Notes: generated from the letters alone by a model not told the origin. DNA of 64,000 bases from Verrucomicrobiota bacterium (GCA_046724585.1 JBKOWV010000059.1:16612-80611); one strand, 5' to 3'. Shown: positions 48,366 through 57,573, counted from the stretch's first letter. Numbers and translations: made by a program.

Positions 48366-48391
48366 TTGACAATGAATGAACGTTCATTCAT
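48366..48391 (+). promoter_or_regulatory. TTGACA -35 box followed by a 20-bp perfect palindrome (candidate TetR operator)
   Basis: TTGACA (48366-48371) is directly followed by ATGAATGAAC|GTTCATTCAT (48372-48391), 13 nt upstream of the tetR ATG. Confidence 0.55.
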
Positions 48392-48403
48392 CTTCCTAGT
48401 CTT

Positions 48404-49033
48404 ATGTCACAACCCCAGACAGAATCCGGCTCAGATCGACGCACCCAAATTCTCGATGCGGCCCTAGTTTGCTTCGCCAAGCGAGGCTTCCACCAAGCCA
48501 GCATGCACGACATCAGTGCCGAGGCGGGTATCAGCGTCGGCCTGATTTATCGCTATTTCGAGAACAAGGACGCGGTCATTTCCGCGATGGCCGACCGGCA
48601 CAAGAAAGAAATCCACGAAGTACTGGAGCGCGCGAAACAGGCCCCAACGCTGCTTGAGTCGCTTGAGATTTTGTTCACCGCGCATTGTTGCGAAGACGCG
48701 CCGCAAGTTGTCTCAGCCTTCGTTGTCGATCTTTATGCCGAAGCCTCGCGCAATCAGCACGTGGCCGATTTGGTCCGCGACGTTTTGCAAACGGCCATGG
48801 ACGGCGTGACGGTTTTGATTGCGCGTGCACCTGAAGCGCAAACCGCGGTACATGGTCTCAGTCCAACGGAGCTGGCAGAACTAATTTACGCCGTGGCACG
48901 GGGGATGTTGATGCTGGACGTCCTGCGCCCACAGCAGATGACAGCCGCGGAACGGCGGGAGCGACAACTGGAAGTGACCCGCAGGCTCTGGCGCTTGTTG
49001 TTCAAACCGGAGGCAGAAGTTGCTTATGCATGA
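48404..49033 (+). CDS. TetR/AcrR-family transcriptional regulator
   Basis: N-terminal HTH RTQILDAALVCFAKRGFHQASMHDISAEAGISVGLIYRYF. Confidence 0.9.
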   Translation: MSQPQTESGSDRRTQILDAALVCFAKRGFHQASMHDISAEAGISVGLIYRYFENKDAVISAMADRHKKEIHEVLERAKQAPTLLESLEILFTAHCCEDAPQVVSAFVVDLYAEASRNQHVADLVRDVLQTAMDGVTVLIARAPEAQTAVHGLSPTELAELIYAVARGMLMLDVLRPQQMTAAERRERQLEVTRRLWRLLFKPEAEVAYA

Positions 49034-50192
49034 TATTGCGAAGCCGGTCAAAACACAGATGAAATCGAAGCTCAGAACGATGGGCGTAGCGATTGGCGCC
49101 TTGATCGCTCTTATCATTGTCATTGTCAGTATCAAAGGTCTGCAAATCGGCAAGATGACGTCCACGCCGGCGATGATGCCGCCGACAACGGTATCGAGCG
49201 CAACTGTGAAAGAAGAAGATTGGGCGCCGGTGCTTTCCGCTGTCGGTTCGATCTCGGCCGTGCAAGGCGCGGTCGTTTCCAGTGAGCTTGCCGGAGTCGT
49301 CAGTCAAATCGCATTTGAAAACGGTGGCACGGCGAAGAAAGGCGATTTGTTGGTCCAACTGGACGCGTCGGCCGAAGAGGCGCTTTTGCGATCGGCAGAA
49401 GCTGAAGCCGAGCTGGCCCGACAGGACTTGGAACGAACTCGCGGCCTTGCCTCACAAAAGGTGGTTTCGAAGGCTGAGCTCGACGCCGCGCAATCGAAAT
49501 TCAATAGGCTGAATGCAGTTGTCGATCAGATGCGCTCCAATATTCGCAAGAAGACGATTATCGCGCCATTTGATGGCCAACTCGGGATTCGCCAGGTAAA
49601 CGTTGGGCAAATGATCAACGCAGGCCAACAAGTGGTGCCGCTCACTTCACTTGACCCGGTCTTCGCCGACTTCGCTTTGCCGCAGCAACATCTTGGTCAG
49701 TTAAAGCCGGGTCTGGAGGTGCACATAACGACGGACGCGCTTCCCGGCCGTGTGTTCAGCGGAAAGCTGACCGCGATTAATTCGATGGTCGATTCGAGCA
49801 CGCGCAACATCACGTTGCAGGCGACGTTGGAAAATCCCGATCACGCGTTGCGACCGGGAATGTTCGCGAAAGCGGAAGTCACATTGCCCGAAAAACACAA
49901 GACGCTGGTCGTTCCGGGATCCGCGATTTCATACGCGCCGTTCGGCGATTCGGTTTTTGTGATCGACAAGCAAAAGGACGAAAAGACCGGCAAGGAATCG
50001 CAAGTGATCCGACAACAATTTGTGCGGATCGGTGAAGCGCGCGGCGATTTCGTCGCGATTACGCAAGGATTGAAGGCCGGCGATATCGTGGTGAGCACGG
50101 GAGTTTTCAAACTGCGAAACGGAATGACGGTGACGGTCAATAACGATCTGGCGCCGAAGCCGCAGATAAATCCCAACCCAGTAGATTCATAA
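49026..50192 (+). CDS. efflux RND transporter periplasmic adaptor subunit
   Basis: Single N-terminal TM, coiled-coil hairpin region and beta-barrel region (IIAPFDGQLGIRQVNVGQ). The ATG at 49026 overlaps the tetR stop. Confidence 0.88.
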   Translation: MHDIAKPVKTQMKSKLRTMGVAIGALIALIIVIVSIKGLQIGKMTSTPAMMPPTTVSSATVKEEDWAPVLSAVGSISAVQGAVVSSELAGVVSQIAFENGGTAKKGDLLVQLDASAEEALLRSAEAEAELARQDLERTRGLASQKVVSKAELDAAQSKFNRLNAVVDQMRSNIRKKTIIAPFDGQLGIRQVNVGQMINAGQQVVPLTSLDPVFADFALPQQHLGQLKPGLEVHITTDALPGRVFSGKLTAINSMVDSSTRNITLQATLENPDHALRPGMFAKAEVTLPEKHKTLVVPGSAISYAPFGDSVFVIDKQKDEKTGKESQVIRQQFVRIGEARGDFVAITQGLKAGDIVVSTGVFKLRNGMTVTVNNDLAPKPQINPNPVDS

Positions 50193-50207
50193 CAATCGGA
50201 GATCGAC

Positions 50208-53200
50208 ATGAAATCGTTCACTGACCTTTTCATCAAACGCCCGGTGCTGGCGCTGGTGGTCAGCTTTGTGATCCTCATCGCCGGTTTGCAGGCGATGAGA
50301 ACGATCAACGTGCGCCAATATCCACGCAGCGATATCGCGGCGATCACGGTGCAGACGGTTTACGTCGGCGCAGATGCCGAGCTCGTGAGGGGATTTATCA
50401 CGACGCCGCTTGAGCGCGCGATCGCAGCGGCCGATGGAATCGATTACATCCAATCCCAAAGCAAACAGGGCGAATCACTGATCACGGCGCGGTTGAAATT
50501 GAATTACGACGCGAACAAGGCGCTCTCGGATATCAGCTCGAAAGTGGACGCGATCCGGCGCGATTTGCCGCCGGACGCGGAGATTCCGGTCATCAGCATT
50601 GAGGCGGCCGATTCCCAATTTGCTTCGGCTTATCTCAGTTTCACTTCCGACATTCTTCAGCCTAACGAAGTAACCGATTATCTCGTGCGACTCGTGCAGC
50701 CGCGTCTCACGGCGGTCGGTGGCGTGCAGAAAGCGGACATTCTCGGAGGACGCACGTTTGCCATGCGTATCTGGATGAAACCGGACCGAATGGCGGCTTT
50801 GAATATCAGCCCCGCTCAAGTGCGCACGATGCTGGCGCGAAATAATTTTCTCTCCGCCGTCGGTAACACGAAAGGCTCGCTGCTGCAGGTCAATCTCACC
50901 GCGAACACCGATCTGCACACAGTGGACGATTTCAAAAAGCTGGTCATTCGCCAGGAGAAAGGAAACCTCGTCAGGCTGAGCGACATCGCGGACGTGGAGC
51001 TGGGCGCTGAAGACTACAACGCCGAAGTGCGGTTCTCCGGTCAAAAGGCGGTCTTCATGGGCATTTGGGTTTTGCCAAACGCGAACTCGGTGGACGTGAT
51101 CAAGCGTGTCCGTGTGGAGATGGAGGAAATTCAAAAGGAACTGCCAGCCGGCATGAAAGGTGAAATCGCTTACGACGCCACAGCTTACATCAACGACGCG
51201 ATACACGAAGTCGTAAAAACTTTGATCGACACGTTGCTCATTGTGATGGTCGTGATCTTTTTGTTCCTCGGCTCCTTCCGCTCGGTGCTGGTGCCGGTCG
51301 TCGCGATTCCAATTTCGCTGATCGGCGCGTTGTTTCTCATGCAGCTGTTCGGGTTCAGCCTCAACTTGCTGACGCTGCTGGCGATTGTGCTTTCCGTCGG
51401 ATTGGTGGTCGATGATGCGATCGTCGTTGTCGAAAATGTCGAGCGACATTTGCGCCAAGGCATGTCACGGATGAATGCCGCGCTCGTCGGTGCACGAGAA
51501 TTGATCGGGCCGATCATCGCGATGACGATCACGCTGGCCGCCGTTTACACGCCGATCGCGATGCAAGGTGGGTTGACCGGCGCGTTGTTTCGCGAATTCG
51601 CTCTCACGCTCGCTGGCGCGGTTTTCATTTCAGGCGTCGTCGCACTGACGCTGTCGCCGATGATGTCGGCAAATCTTTTGCGCGCCGGCCACGTTGACAA
51701 AGGATTCAGCGGCCTGGTTAATCGCACGTTCGACCGTTTCCGGGATTGGTACGGAAGTCATCTCGATCGCACGCTGAATGCGCGGCCCGCAGTTTACATT
51801 TTCTGGGCCGGCATTTCGCTCCTCGCGCTCTTAATGTTCGCGGCGATTCCTAAAATGGCCTCAAAGGAATTAGCGCCGACGGAAGATCAGGGTGTGATTT
51901 TTGGAATTATTACAGCGCCGGCGAACGCGACCATCGACGATACGATCCGTTACGCGGATGCTGCCGGAACAGTCTTCCAAAACATTCCCGACACAAGATT
52001 TACATTTCAGCTTACATTTCCAGACAACGGATTTGGCGGAATGGTTTTGAAACCGTGGGGTGTTCGCAAAACGCCGACCAAGGCCTACCTGCCCCAAGTT
52101 CAAGCCCAACTCGGTGCGATTCCGGGGATCCAGATGTTTCCGATCATGCCTTCAGCGCTTCCCGGAGGGGATAATTTTCCGGTCAGCTTTGTGATCACAT
52201 CGACCGCCGACCAGGAACGCATTCTCGAATTCGCGAAGCAAATTTTCGGGAAAGCGATGCAGGCGCATATTTTCCAATTCGGCGATATCGATACGAAGAT
52301 CGACCAGCCGCAATCGGCGATCGTTTTCGATCACGACAAAGTCGCGGCGCTCGGCCTCGACATGCAGCAAGTCGGCGCCGATCTCTCGGCCAGTATTGGC
52401 GGGAATTACGTCAATCGATTCAACATCGAAGGACGCAGTTACAAAGTGATTCCGCAAATCAAGCGCGTCGATCGGTTGAACCCGGAGCAGTTGGAAAAGA
52501 TTTACGTGAGCGGGCCGAACAATCAGCTCATCCCGTTGAGCACGGTCGCTTCGATTAAACCCAAAACCGTTGCGCGTTCGCTCAATCGGATGCAACAACT
52601 CAACGCGGTCACCATCAGCGGGGTGCCCGCCGTTTCGCTCGATGCCGCTCTGAAATTTTTGGAGAACGAGGCGCGTAACATTCTTCCGAAAGGTTACGTC
52701 CTCGATTATACGGGCGAGTCGCGCCAGTTGCGCACCGAAGGCAGCAAATTTCTCGGCGTGTTTTTGCTATCGCTCGTGCTGATCTTTCTCGTCCTGGCGG
52801 CGCAGTTCAACAGCTTCCGCGATCCGTTCATTATTCTGTTGGGTTCGGTTCCGCTCGCCATGTTCGGCGCGGGTCTATTCATGTTTTTGAAGATGCCGTT
52901 CGGCGAATTCTTCACGGATAAGTGGACGACTTCGTTCAACATCTACTCACAAGTTGGTCTCGTCACGCTCGTCGGTCTCGTTTCGAAAAATGGAATCCTG
53001 ATTGTTCAATTTGCGAACGAGCTGCAGCGGCAGGGTTCGACCAAGCTGGCGGCGGTCGCGCAAGCCGCACGCATTCGTTTGCGTCCAATCATGATGACCA
53101 GCGTTGCAACTGTGGCCGGTCACTTTCCACTCACGCTCGTGACCGGCGCCGGCGCTGCCGCGCGAAACTCGATCGGTCTCGTGCTCGTCGGCGGAATGAC

Positions 53201-53387
53201 GATCGGAACGATTTTCACTCTGTTCATTGTTCCGTCGCTTTACATGCTCATCGCAAAGGAACATCACGAGAAGTCTCTGATGGAACCGGATTTGGAGGAT
53301 GTCACCGAAGATGTCGATCTTACGCCGGAATATGCACCCGCGCTCGCCGGACCGGATGGGAACGGCAACGGCTGGAAGCAAGGGTGA
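50208..53387 (+). CDS. efflux RND transporter permease (AcrB/HAE1-like)
   Basis: 1059 aa. MKSFTDLFIKRPVLALVVSFVILIAGL start and 12-TM architecture with two large loops. LSVGLVVDDAIVVVEN motif. Confidence 0.95.
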   Translation: MKSFTDLFIKRPVLALVVSFVILIAGLQAMRTINVRQYPRSDIAAITVQTVYVGADAELVRGFITTPLERAIAAADGIDYIQSQSKQGESLITARLKLNYDANKALSDISSKVDAIRRDLPPDAEIPVISIEAADSQFASAYLSFTSDILQPNEVTDYLVRLVQPRLTAVGGVQKADILGGRTFAMRIWMKPDRMAALNISPAQVRTMLARNNFLSAVGNTKGSLLQVNLTANTDLHTVDDFKKLVIRQEKGNLVRLSDIADVELGAEDYNAEVRFSGQKAVFMGIWVLPNANSVDVIKRVRVEMEEIQKELPAGMKGEIAYDATAYINDAIHEVVKTLIDTLLIVMVVIFLFLGSFRSVLVPVVAIPISLIGALFLMQLFGFSLNLLTLLAIVLSVGLVVDDAIVVVENVERHLRQGMSRMNAALVGARELIGPIIAMTITLAAVYTPIAMQGGLTGALFREFALTLAGAVFISGVVALTLSPMMSANLLRAGHVDKGFSGLVNRTFDRFRDWYGSHLDRTLNARPAVYIFWAGISLLALLMFAAIPKMASKELAPTEDQGVIFGIITAPANATIDDTIRYADAAGTVFQNIPDTRFTFQLTFPDNGFGGMVLKPWGVRKTPTKAYLPQVQAQLGAIPGIQMFPIMPSALPGGDNFPVSFVITSTADQERILEFAKQIFGKAMQAHIFQFGDIDTKIDQPQSAIVFDHDKVAALGLDMQQVGADLSASIGGNYVNRFNIEGRSYKVIPQIKRVDRLNPEQLEKIYVSGPNNQLIPLSTVASIKPKTVARSLNRMQQLNAVTISGVPAVSLDAALKFLENEARNILPKGYVLDYTGESRQLRTEGSKFLGVFLLSLVLIFLVLAAQFNSFRDPFIILLGSVPLAMFGAGLFMFLKMPFGEFFTDKWTTSFNIYSQVGLVTLVGLVSKNGILIVQFANELQRQGSTKLAAVAQAARIRLRPIMMTSVATVAGHFPLTLVTGAGAAARNSIGLVLVGGMTIGTIFTLFIVPSLYMLIAKEHHEKSLMEPDLEDVTEDVDLTPEYAPALAGPDGNGNGWKQG

Positions 53388-53480
53388 GCAGGCGGTGTAG
53401 AGGCGGCTGTGCCTGGCACGCCGAAATAGAACGAAGGCGGGTCAGCCGCTTGGGCATTTCGATCTGACCAACAAGCAAAA

Positions 53481-53520
53481 AGCCCCGGTGAGTTTCCCCA
53501 CCGAGGCTTTTGCTTTCTTG
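53481..53520. terminator. bidirectional intrinsic terminator
   Basis: AAAAAGCCCCGGTG-agtttccc-CACCGAGGCTTTTGCTTTCTT. Stem has 9 of 10 bp paired, with an A-run 5' and a T-run 3'. Lies between the RND stop and the stop of the 92-aa ORF. Confidence 0.7.
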
Positions 53521-53530
53521 TTGTAACTCG

Positions 53531-53809
53531 CTATCTGCCGCCGGCCGGCGGTCCGGCTGTCCGGAATTCGGCAAACTCGGTGGAGTTGCTTATCTTCGTG
53601 ACAACCCAGGGCTCTGGTCCAAGCGTAGCTGACGGCTGCTCTATGATGCCTCGGCCGACTGGCATTGGCCCAAAGGCGATCGAGTGACCAGGCTTTGCCA
53701 CAGTAATGAAGTTTTGCCCCCTGTTTTGGCAGAGGAAAAACCCTTCTTCATTCTGGAGCAAGCTTGCCAGGTCCAGGCCGCTGACTGGCACATTGATTTG
53801 GAGTTTCAT
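53531..53809 (-). CDS. hypothetical protein (92 aa), no recognisable motif
   Basis: Only ORF in this interval. AAGGGA lies about 10 nt upstream of the ATG. Divergent from the LuxR gene. No signal peptide. Confidence 0.5.
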   Translation of the reverse strand: MKLQINVPVSGLDLASLLQNEEGFFLCQNRGQNFITVAKPGHSIAFGPMPVGRGIIEQPSATLGPEPWVVTKISNSTEFAEFRTAGPPAGGR

Positions 53810-53912
53810 TTGATATATTCCCTTTCTTTTTTAGCGTTGAGGTAAAATTTCGCGCACTGCTTGATGATCGCCAGGTAACTTAGGTTGCCTTTTTCATTTC
53901 CCGATTGTTGAG

Positions 53913-53924
53913 CATTCCGGAATG
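53913..53924. promoter_or_regulatory. 12-bp perfect palindrome in divergent promoter region
   Basis: CATTCCGGAATG, about 65 nt upstream of the LuxR-family gene in an AT-rich 180-bp spacer. Confidence 0.3.
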
Positions 53925-53988
53925 AGCGCAGCCCAAGGCTGGGACAAAGGAACCGCGGCTGCGCGACGATGAGGCGCGGGGCAGGCAA

Positions 53989-55128
53989 ATGAAGCGGACC
54001 TCCAGGGTTGGCATGAAACGCGAGGCGGTGATTGATCCGTCACTGGAAAAGACTCTGCTCAGCCTTCACGCAGCCATGAACATTGGTTCGTTCTGGAAAG
54101 CCATCCAGCAGTTGCTCGCCGCCGCGATCCCAAATCGCATGATCGGCCTCATGCTTCAGCCGAATCCAATTTTGCCAATGATCGCGAAATGGACATTGCC
54201 CATGCCCGACGGGTTTTTTACCACAGAGCCACTCAAGAGTTATATCGCCGGGCAACCGCCTCAGAAGCTCGTCCGGATTAGCGACCTCTTTCCAAATCGA
54301 ACCAGCCTGATCAAATCGACCTTTTATCGCCGATACATGGCGCCGCAAAAATGTGCCCATGGCGTTGGCCTTCTTTTCCGGAGAGGACAGAGACTCATTT
54401 GTGTGATCGCAATCATGCGCACGGCAACACAGGGCGATCTGTCACCGACGGAGACGAAGTTGCTCCAGCAGCTTTACCCGCAGTTCCTGACCGCCCTTCG
54501 CCGGCTCAGGTGGCTCGAGCGTGAACACTCGGTGCGGATGGACTTTGAAGAATTCCTGAGCCGGCTGCCAATGCCGACGATCCTCCTGCGATGGAACTTA
54601 AAACCGATTTATCAAAACCGGGCCGCGCGCGACTTCTGCGCAGTATGGGAAAAAGGGCCTGAGCAGGCGCAACTGATGAACGCGACCTCTCCGATTCCTT
54701 CCGAGATTTTGGATCGATGCCGTCTGCTCAAACAACAATGGGCACAGGCGCAACGCCCCATTGCCCCGCAAGCAGGTTTTAAAGAAGAGCGGGTGCATCA
54801 TCCACGGTCGCCGCATTTGCGAGCAACGCTCCATTTAAAACAACTCGGTTCAGCCGGGGTGGCGCGCCCGCATTTCCTTATCGAATGCGAAGATTTGCGC
54901 TCTTCTGCTGCCGCGCGTACCGGCCCGGCGAGCTCCCGTTTGCCCCATCTCGTCCGACTCACCAGGCGCGAACAGGAAGTTGCGCGACTTGTCTGTGAGG
55001 GGCGAAGTAACCAGGAGATCTCCGATGAAGCCGGCTTGAGTCTGGCGATGGTGAAAAAGCACCTCCACGCGATTTTTCGCAAGCTCGAAGTTCCCAGTCG
55101 CAGCCGGCTCATTGCGCTGCTGCGATGA
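53989..55128 (+). CDS. LuxR-family transcriptional regulator (solo) with unassigned ~300-aa N-terminal region
   Basis: C-terminal HTH LTRREQEVARLVCEGRSNQEISDEAGLSLAMVKKHLHAIFRKLEV. No receiver or autoinducer-binding motif is recognisable upstream. Confidence 0.85.
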   Translation: MKRTSRVGMKREAVIDPSLEKTLLSLHAAMNIGSFWKAIQQLLAAAIPNRMIGLMLQPNPILPMIAKWTLPMPDGFFTTEPLKSYIAGQPPQKLVRISDLFPNRTSLIKSTFYRRYMAPQKCAHGVGLLFRRGQRLICVIAIMRTATQGDLSPTETKLLQQLYPQFLTALRRLRWLEREHSVRMDFEEFLSRLPMPTILLRWNLKPIYQNRAARDFCAVWEKGPEQAQLMNATSPIPSEILDRCRLLKQQWAQAQRPIAPQAGFKEERVHHPRSPHLRATLHLKQLGSAGVARPHFLIECEDLRSSAAARTGPASSRLPHLVRLTRREQEVARLVCEGRSNQEISDEAGLSLAMVKKHLHAIFRKLEVPSRSRLIALLR

Positions 55129-55257
55129 GTGGCGCGGCGCGACATTTGCCGCTCGTACCTTGCTATAAAATCGATATCTGCAATCTGACTTCTGAAATGT
55201 CGCCGCGCAGTTGTCCGGCTAGGTGGCACAAATTGTCGGCCTCACGAGTACAGGCTC

Positions 55258-55286
55258 AGCCGCGGCTCAGTAGCCTGCGGCTTTTA
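55258..55286 (+). terminator. candidate intrinsic terminator for the LuxR-family gene
   Basis: AGCCGCGGCT-cagt-AGCCtGCGGCT followed by TTTTA. Overlaps the 3' end of the convergent 119-aa ORF. Confidence 0.45.
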
Positions 55287-55626
55287 GCTTGCGGACTTTC
55301 GGCTTAGTCCTGTCGACTACCACACGGTTGACCACGGGGGTTTCGCCCGTGCGGTCATAATAGATATGAACGCGAGTGCCGGGTTTGATCAGGTGCTCGT
55401 CGATCTGTCTGCCGGCTTTGTTCACGTAACGAACTGTGTCGTCGAGCACGTAGCTAAAAGTATCTTCTGCGCTTTCAGAGCCGACTACGATTATTTCGCC
55501 AGGCTCAAACGTGGTGACAGTGCCGGAGTCACGTGTCGGTTGCTCCTTGCTCGTCGTACTGGTTTGCGCAAACGCCAAAGGCGCGATCAGCGCACAGGCG
55601 AGAGCGTTGACTGTTTGCTTTAGCAT
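55267..55626 (-). CDS. small secreted protein, function unknown
   Basis: 119 aa with signal peptide MLKQTVNALACALIAPLAFAQ. GGGGAGA lies about 7 nt upstream of the ATG. Confidence 0.6.
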   Translation of the reverse strand: MLKQTVNALACALIAPLAFAQTSTTSKEQPTRDSGTVTTFEPGEIIVVGSESAEDTFSYVLDDTVRYVNKAGRQIDEHLIKPGTRVHIYYDRTGETPVVNRVVVDRTKPKVRKLKAAGY

Positions 55627-55970
55627 GAATATCTCCCCGTTTAATGTTGATGTTTTACCCCAAAAGTTTCGTGGTTAAGGATTCGGCGAACGGTCATGCC
55701 GTCGCCCGTTCCACACTTTGACCGGCCCGCTACGGCGCTGTTCGAACTAATTTAGCATTCGCGCGACGGAGGGAGGCTACAGACTTGTCAACGTGACCGG
55801 TCGATGAGCAGCCAAACGCCGACTGTCGAGGCGCTTGTCACACCGAGACTGGTGGCCAAAACATGGCCTTAGCCCGGCAAACGCCGCCCGCAATTGAGCG
55901 TTGCAGGATTTGCGACACGAAATGGGGGTTTGGATAGCATTACGTTGCCGACTCTGTGAAAACGCGGGCT

Positions 55971-56063
55971 GTCACCTGAGAAACCGCACTCCAAGATGTC
56001 GATCGTACGCCGGAATTTGCGCCAGACCTCGCGCCCGCCGGCAACGGCCGGAAGCAAGGATGA
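55971..56063 (+). pseudogene. relic copy of the RND permease 3' end
   Basis: 55995-56063 translates DVDRTPEFAPDLAPAGNGRKQG-stop, compared with the pump C-terminus DVDLTPEYAPALAGPDGNGNGWKQG-stop (53310-53387). An in-frame TGA at 55977 lies just upstream. Confidence 0.7.
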
Positions 56064-56090
56064 GCGATTCTCAGATCGCCGCAATTTGAT

Positions 56091-57032
56091 TCAACCAGTC
56101 GATCTACGCGGCAGTTCCACTTCCTTTTGCTCGATTTGGACAGCGTGCTTGGCCGGTTTGATCGGTGATCCGAATTCGGTGGCGTAAACCTGGGTGAACT
56201 CGGCCCCGAAAAGCAAAATTTGCGAAGAATAGTAAATCCAGAGCAGCAATGTGATCAGCGAACTGGCTGCACCATAAGCCGATGCCGCGGCGCCACTACC
56301 GAGATATAAGCCGAGTGCCCATTTGCCGATCAGGAAGAAAACCGACGTCATCGCAGCTCCAACCCACATGTCCCGCCATCGGGTTCTCACGTCCGGCAGG
56401 ATTTTAAAGATCATCGCAAAGAGCGTAGTGATCACCGCGAAATCAAAAATCAGATAAACGCTTACGGCGATGGTCAGACCACCGGGCATTGCTTGCTGGA
56501 TATAATGGCTAAACCCTTTTAGCAGGGCCTCGACCGCGAGCGATACGAGCAGCAGGAAACAAATGCCGCCAACCATGGCAAAAGATAAAAAACGGGTGCG
56601 CAAAAATCCCCAGATACCCAGTCCCGGCTTGGCTTTCACCCCCCACACTGTATTGAGCGCATCCTGCAACTGACCGAATACTCCGCTGGCCCCGAAAAGG
56701 GCGAGCGCGATTCCAATGATTGTTGCGAGCGTACTTTTCCCCGGTTGCGACGCTTTCTGCGCAATGTTTTGCACTACTTCCAGCGCGCTTTTATCGAGAA
56801 AATAACTCATCTGCTCGGTGAGTTTGCTCCATGCTCCGGCCGGATCGTCCCGGAAGATCACGCCAACGATTGCGAGTAAGACGAGGACGAGCGGCGCGAG
56901 GGAAAAGACCGTGTAATACGCCAGCGCTGCGCCGAGTTGCGGCGCTTTGTCCTGCAACCACTCCTGGGTTGTTAATTTTAACAGTTTGAAAGCCGTGCCA
57001 AAAACCGATTTGCGCGCCGAACCGTTCCTCAT
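56091..57032 (-). CDS. YihY/BrkB-family membrane protein
   Basis: 313 aa. GAALAYYTVFSLAPL N-terminal motif, six hydrophobic segments, QILLFGAEF near the C-terminus. Confidence 0.85.
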   Translation of the reverse strand: MRNGSARKSVFGTAFKLLKLTTQEWLQDKAPQLGAALAYYTVFSLAPLVLVLLAIVGVIFRDDPAGAWSKLTEQMSYFLDKSALEVVQNIAQKASQPGKSTLATIIGIALALFGASGVFGQLQDALNTVWGVKAKPGLGIWGFLRTRFLSFAMVGGICFLLLVSLAVEALLKGFSHYIQQAMPGGLTIAVSVYLIFDFAVITTLFAMIFKILPDVRTRWRDMWVGAAMTSVFFLIGKWALGLYLGSGAAASAYGAASSLITLLLWIYYSSQILLFGAEFTQVYATEFGSPIKPAKHAVQIEQKEVELPRRSTG

Positions 57033-57253
57033 AAATGCGTCTTGTTCTCTGAAGGAATCGCATCAGGCGGCAATCAAAGATGCACTATGTTGGGCTCTGT
57101 AAACGGATTGGCCGATTCGCAATCTCGCTTCAAATTGAATCAGGAAGCCAAGAAGCCAGGAATCTCAGAGACTTTGTTTCGATTTTAAACGTCCGCTTCA
57201 GCGCGATCACCGTTTGCAATCGGCAATCGAAAATCTAAAATCGAAATGTCGTT

Positions 57254-57325
57254 GTTCCCGTAGTTCAACGGATAGAACGGAGGTTTCCTAAACCTTAAAT
57301 GTGGGTTCGATTCCCGCCGGGAACG
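57254..57325 (+). tRNA. tRNA-Arg (anticodon CCT)
   Basis: Hand-folded cloverleaf. Acceptor GTTCCCG/CGGGAAC. D arm GTTC-AACGGATA-GAAC. Anticodon arm GAGGT-TTCCTAA-ACCTT with T33 and A37. 4-nt variable loop. T arm GTGGG-TTCGATT-CCCGC. Discriminator G. CCA not encoded. Confidence 0.9.
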
Positions 57326-57443
57326 GTTTGTGCATTTTGCGCATCTGAGACCCCGGAGGACGTGTGTGCGTCTTTGCTTCGATTGATTCGCTTTCTCCCG
57401 AAAGCTCACCCTTCGGGCTTCGTCTATGTCGCTCGACTCCCGT

Positions 57444-57466
57444 CGGCTCCATTCCCGCCGGGAACG
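57444..57466 (+). repeat. direct repeat of the tRNA-Arg 3' end (att-like)
   Basis: ATTCCCGCCGGGAACG (57451-57466) is identical to 57310-57325. With flanks, 20 of 23 nt match tRNA positions 57303-57325. Confidence 0.8.
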
Positions 57467-57573
57467 CTTATCGACCAGTTTGTTCAAAGTTCTCTTGTTG
57501 GTCTGATCTGGGGAAGTTTGTTCGAGAACCCAGGCAAATCGGGCCGAAAATATCTTGCCTGCTATATTGGCAA

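Noticed and set aside
57364-57573. N-terminal extensions offered by the ORF track: 57364 for the kinase, 35610 for yceI, 37423 for pxpC, 38238 for pxpA, 40820 for the TPR gene, 1186 for rpoZ.
   Set aside because: The extensions run through upstream genes or repeat elements and have unrelated composition. In each case the conserved protein N-terminus begins at an internal ATG.
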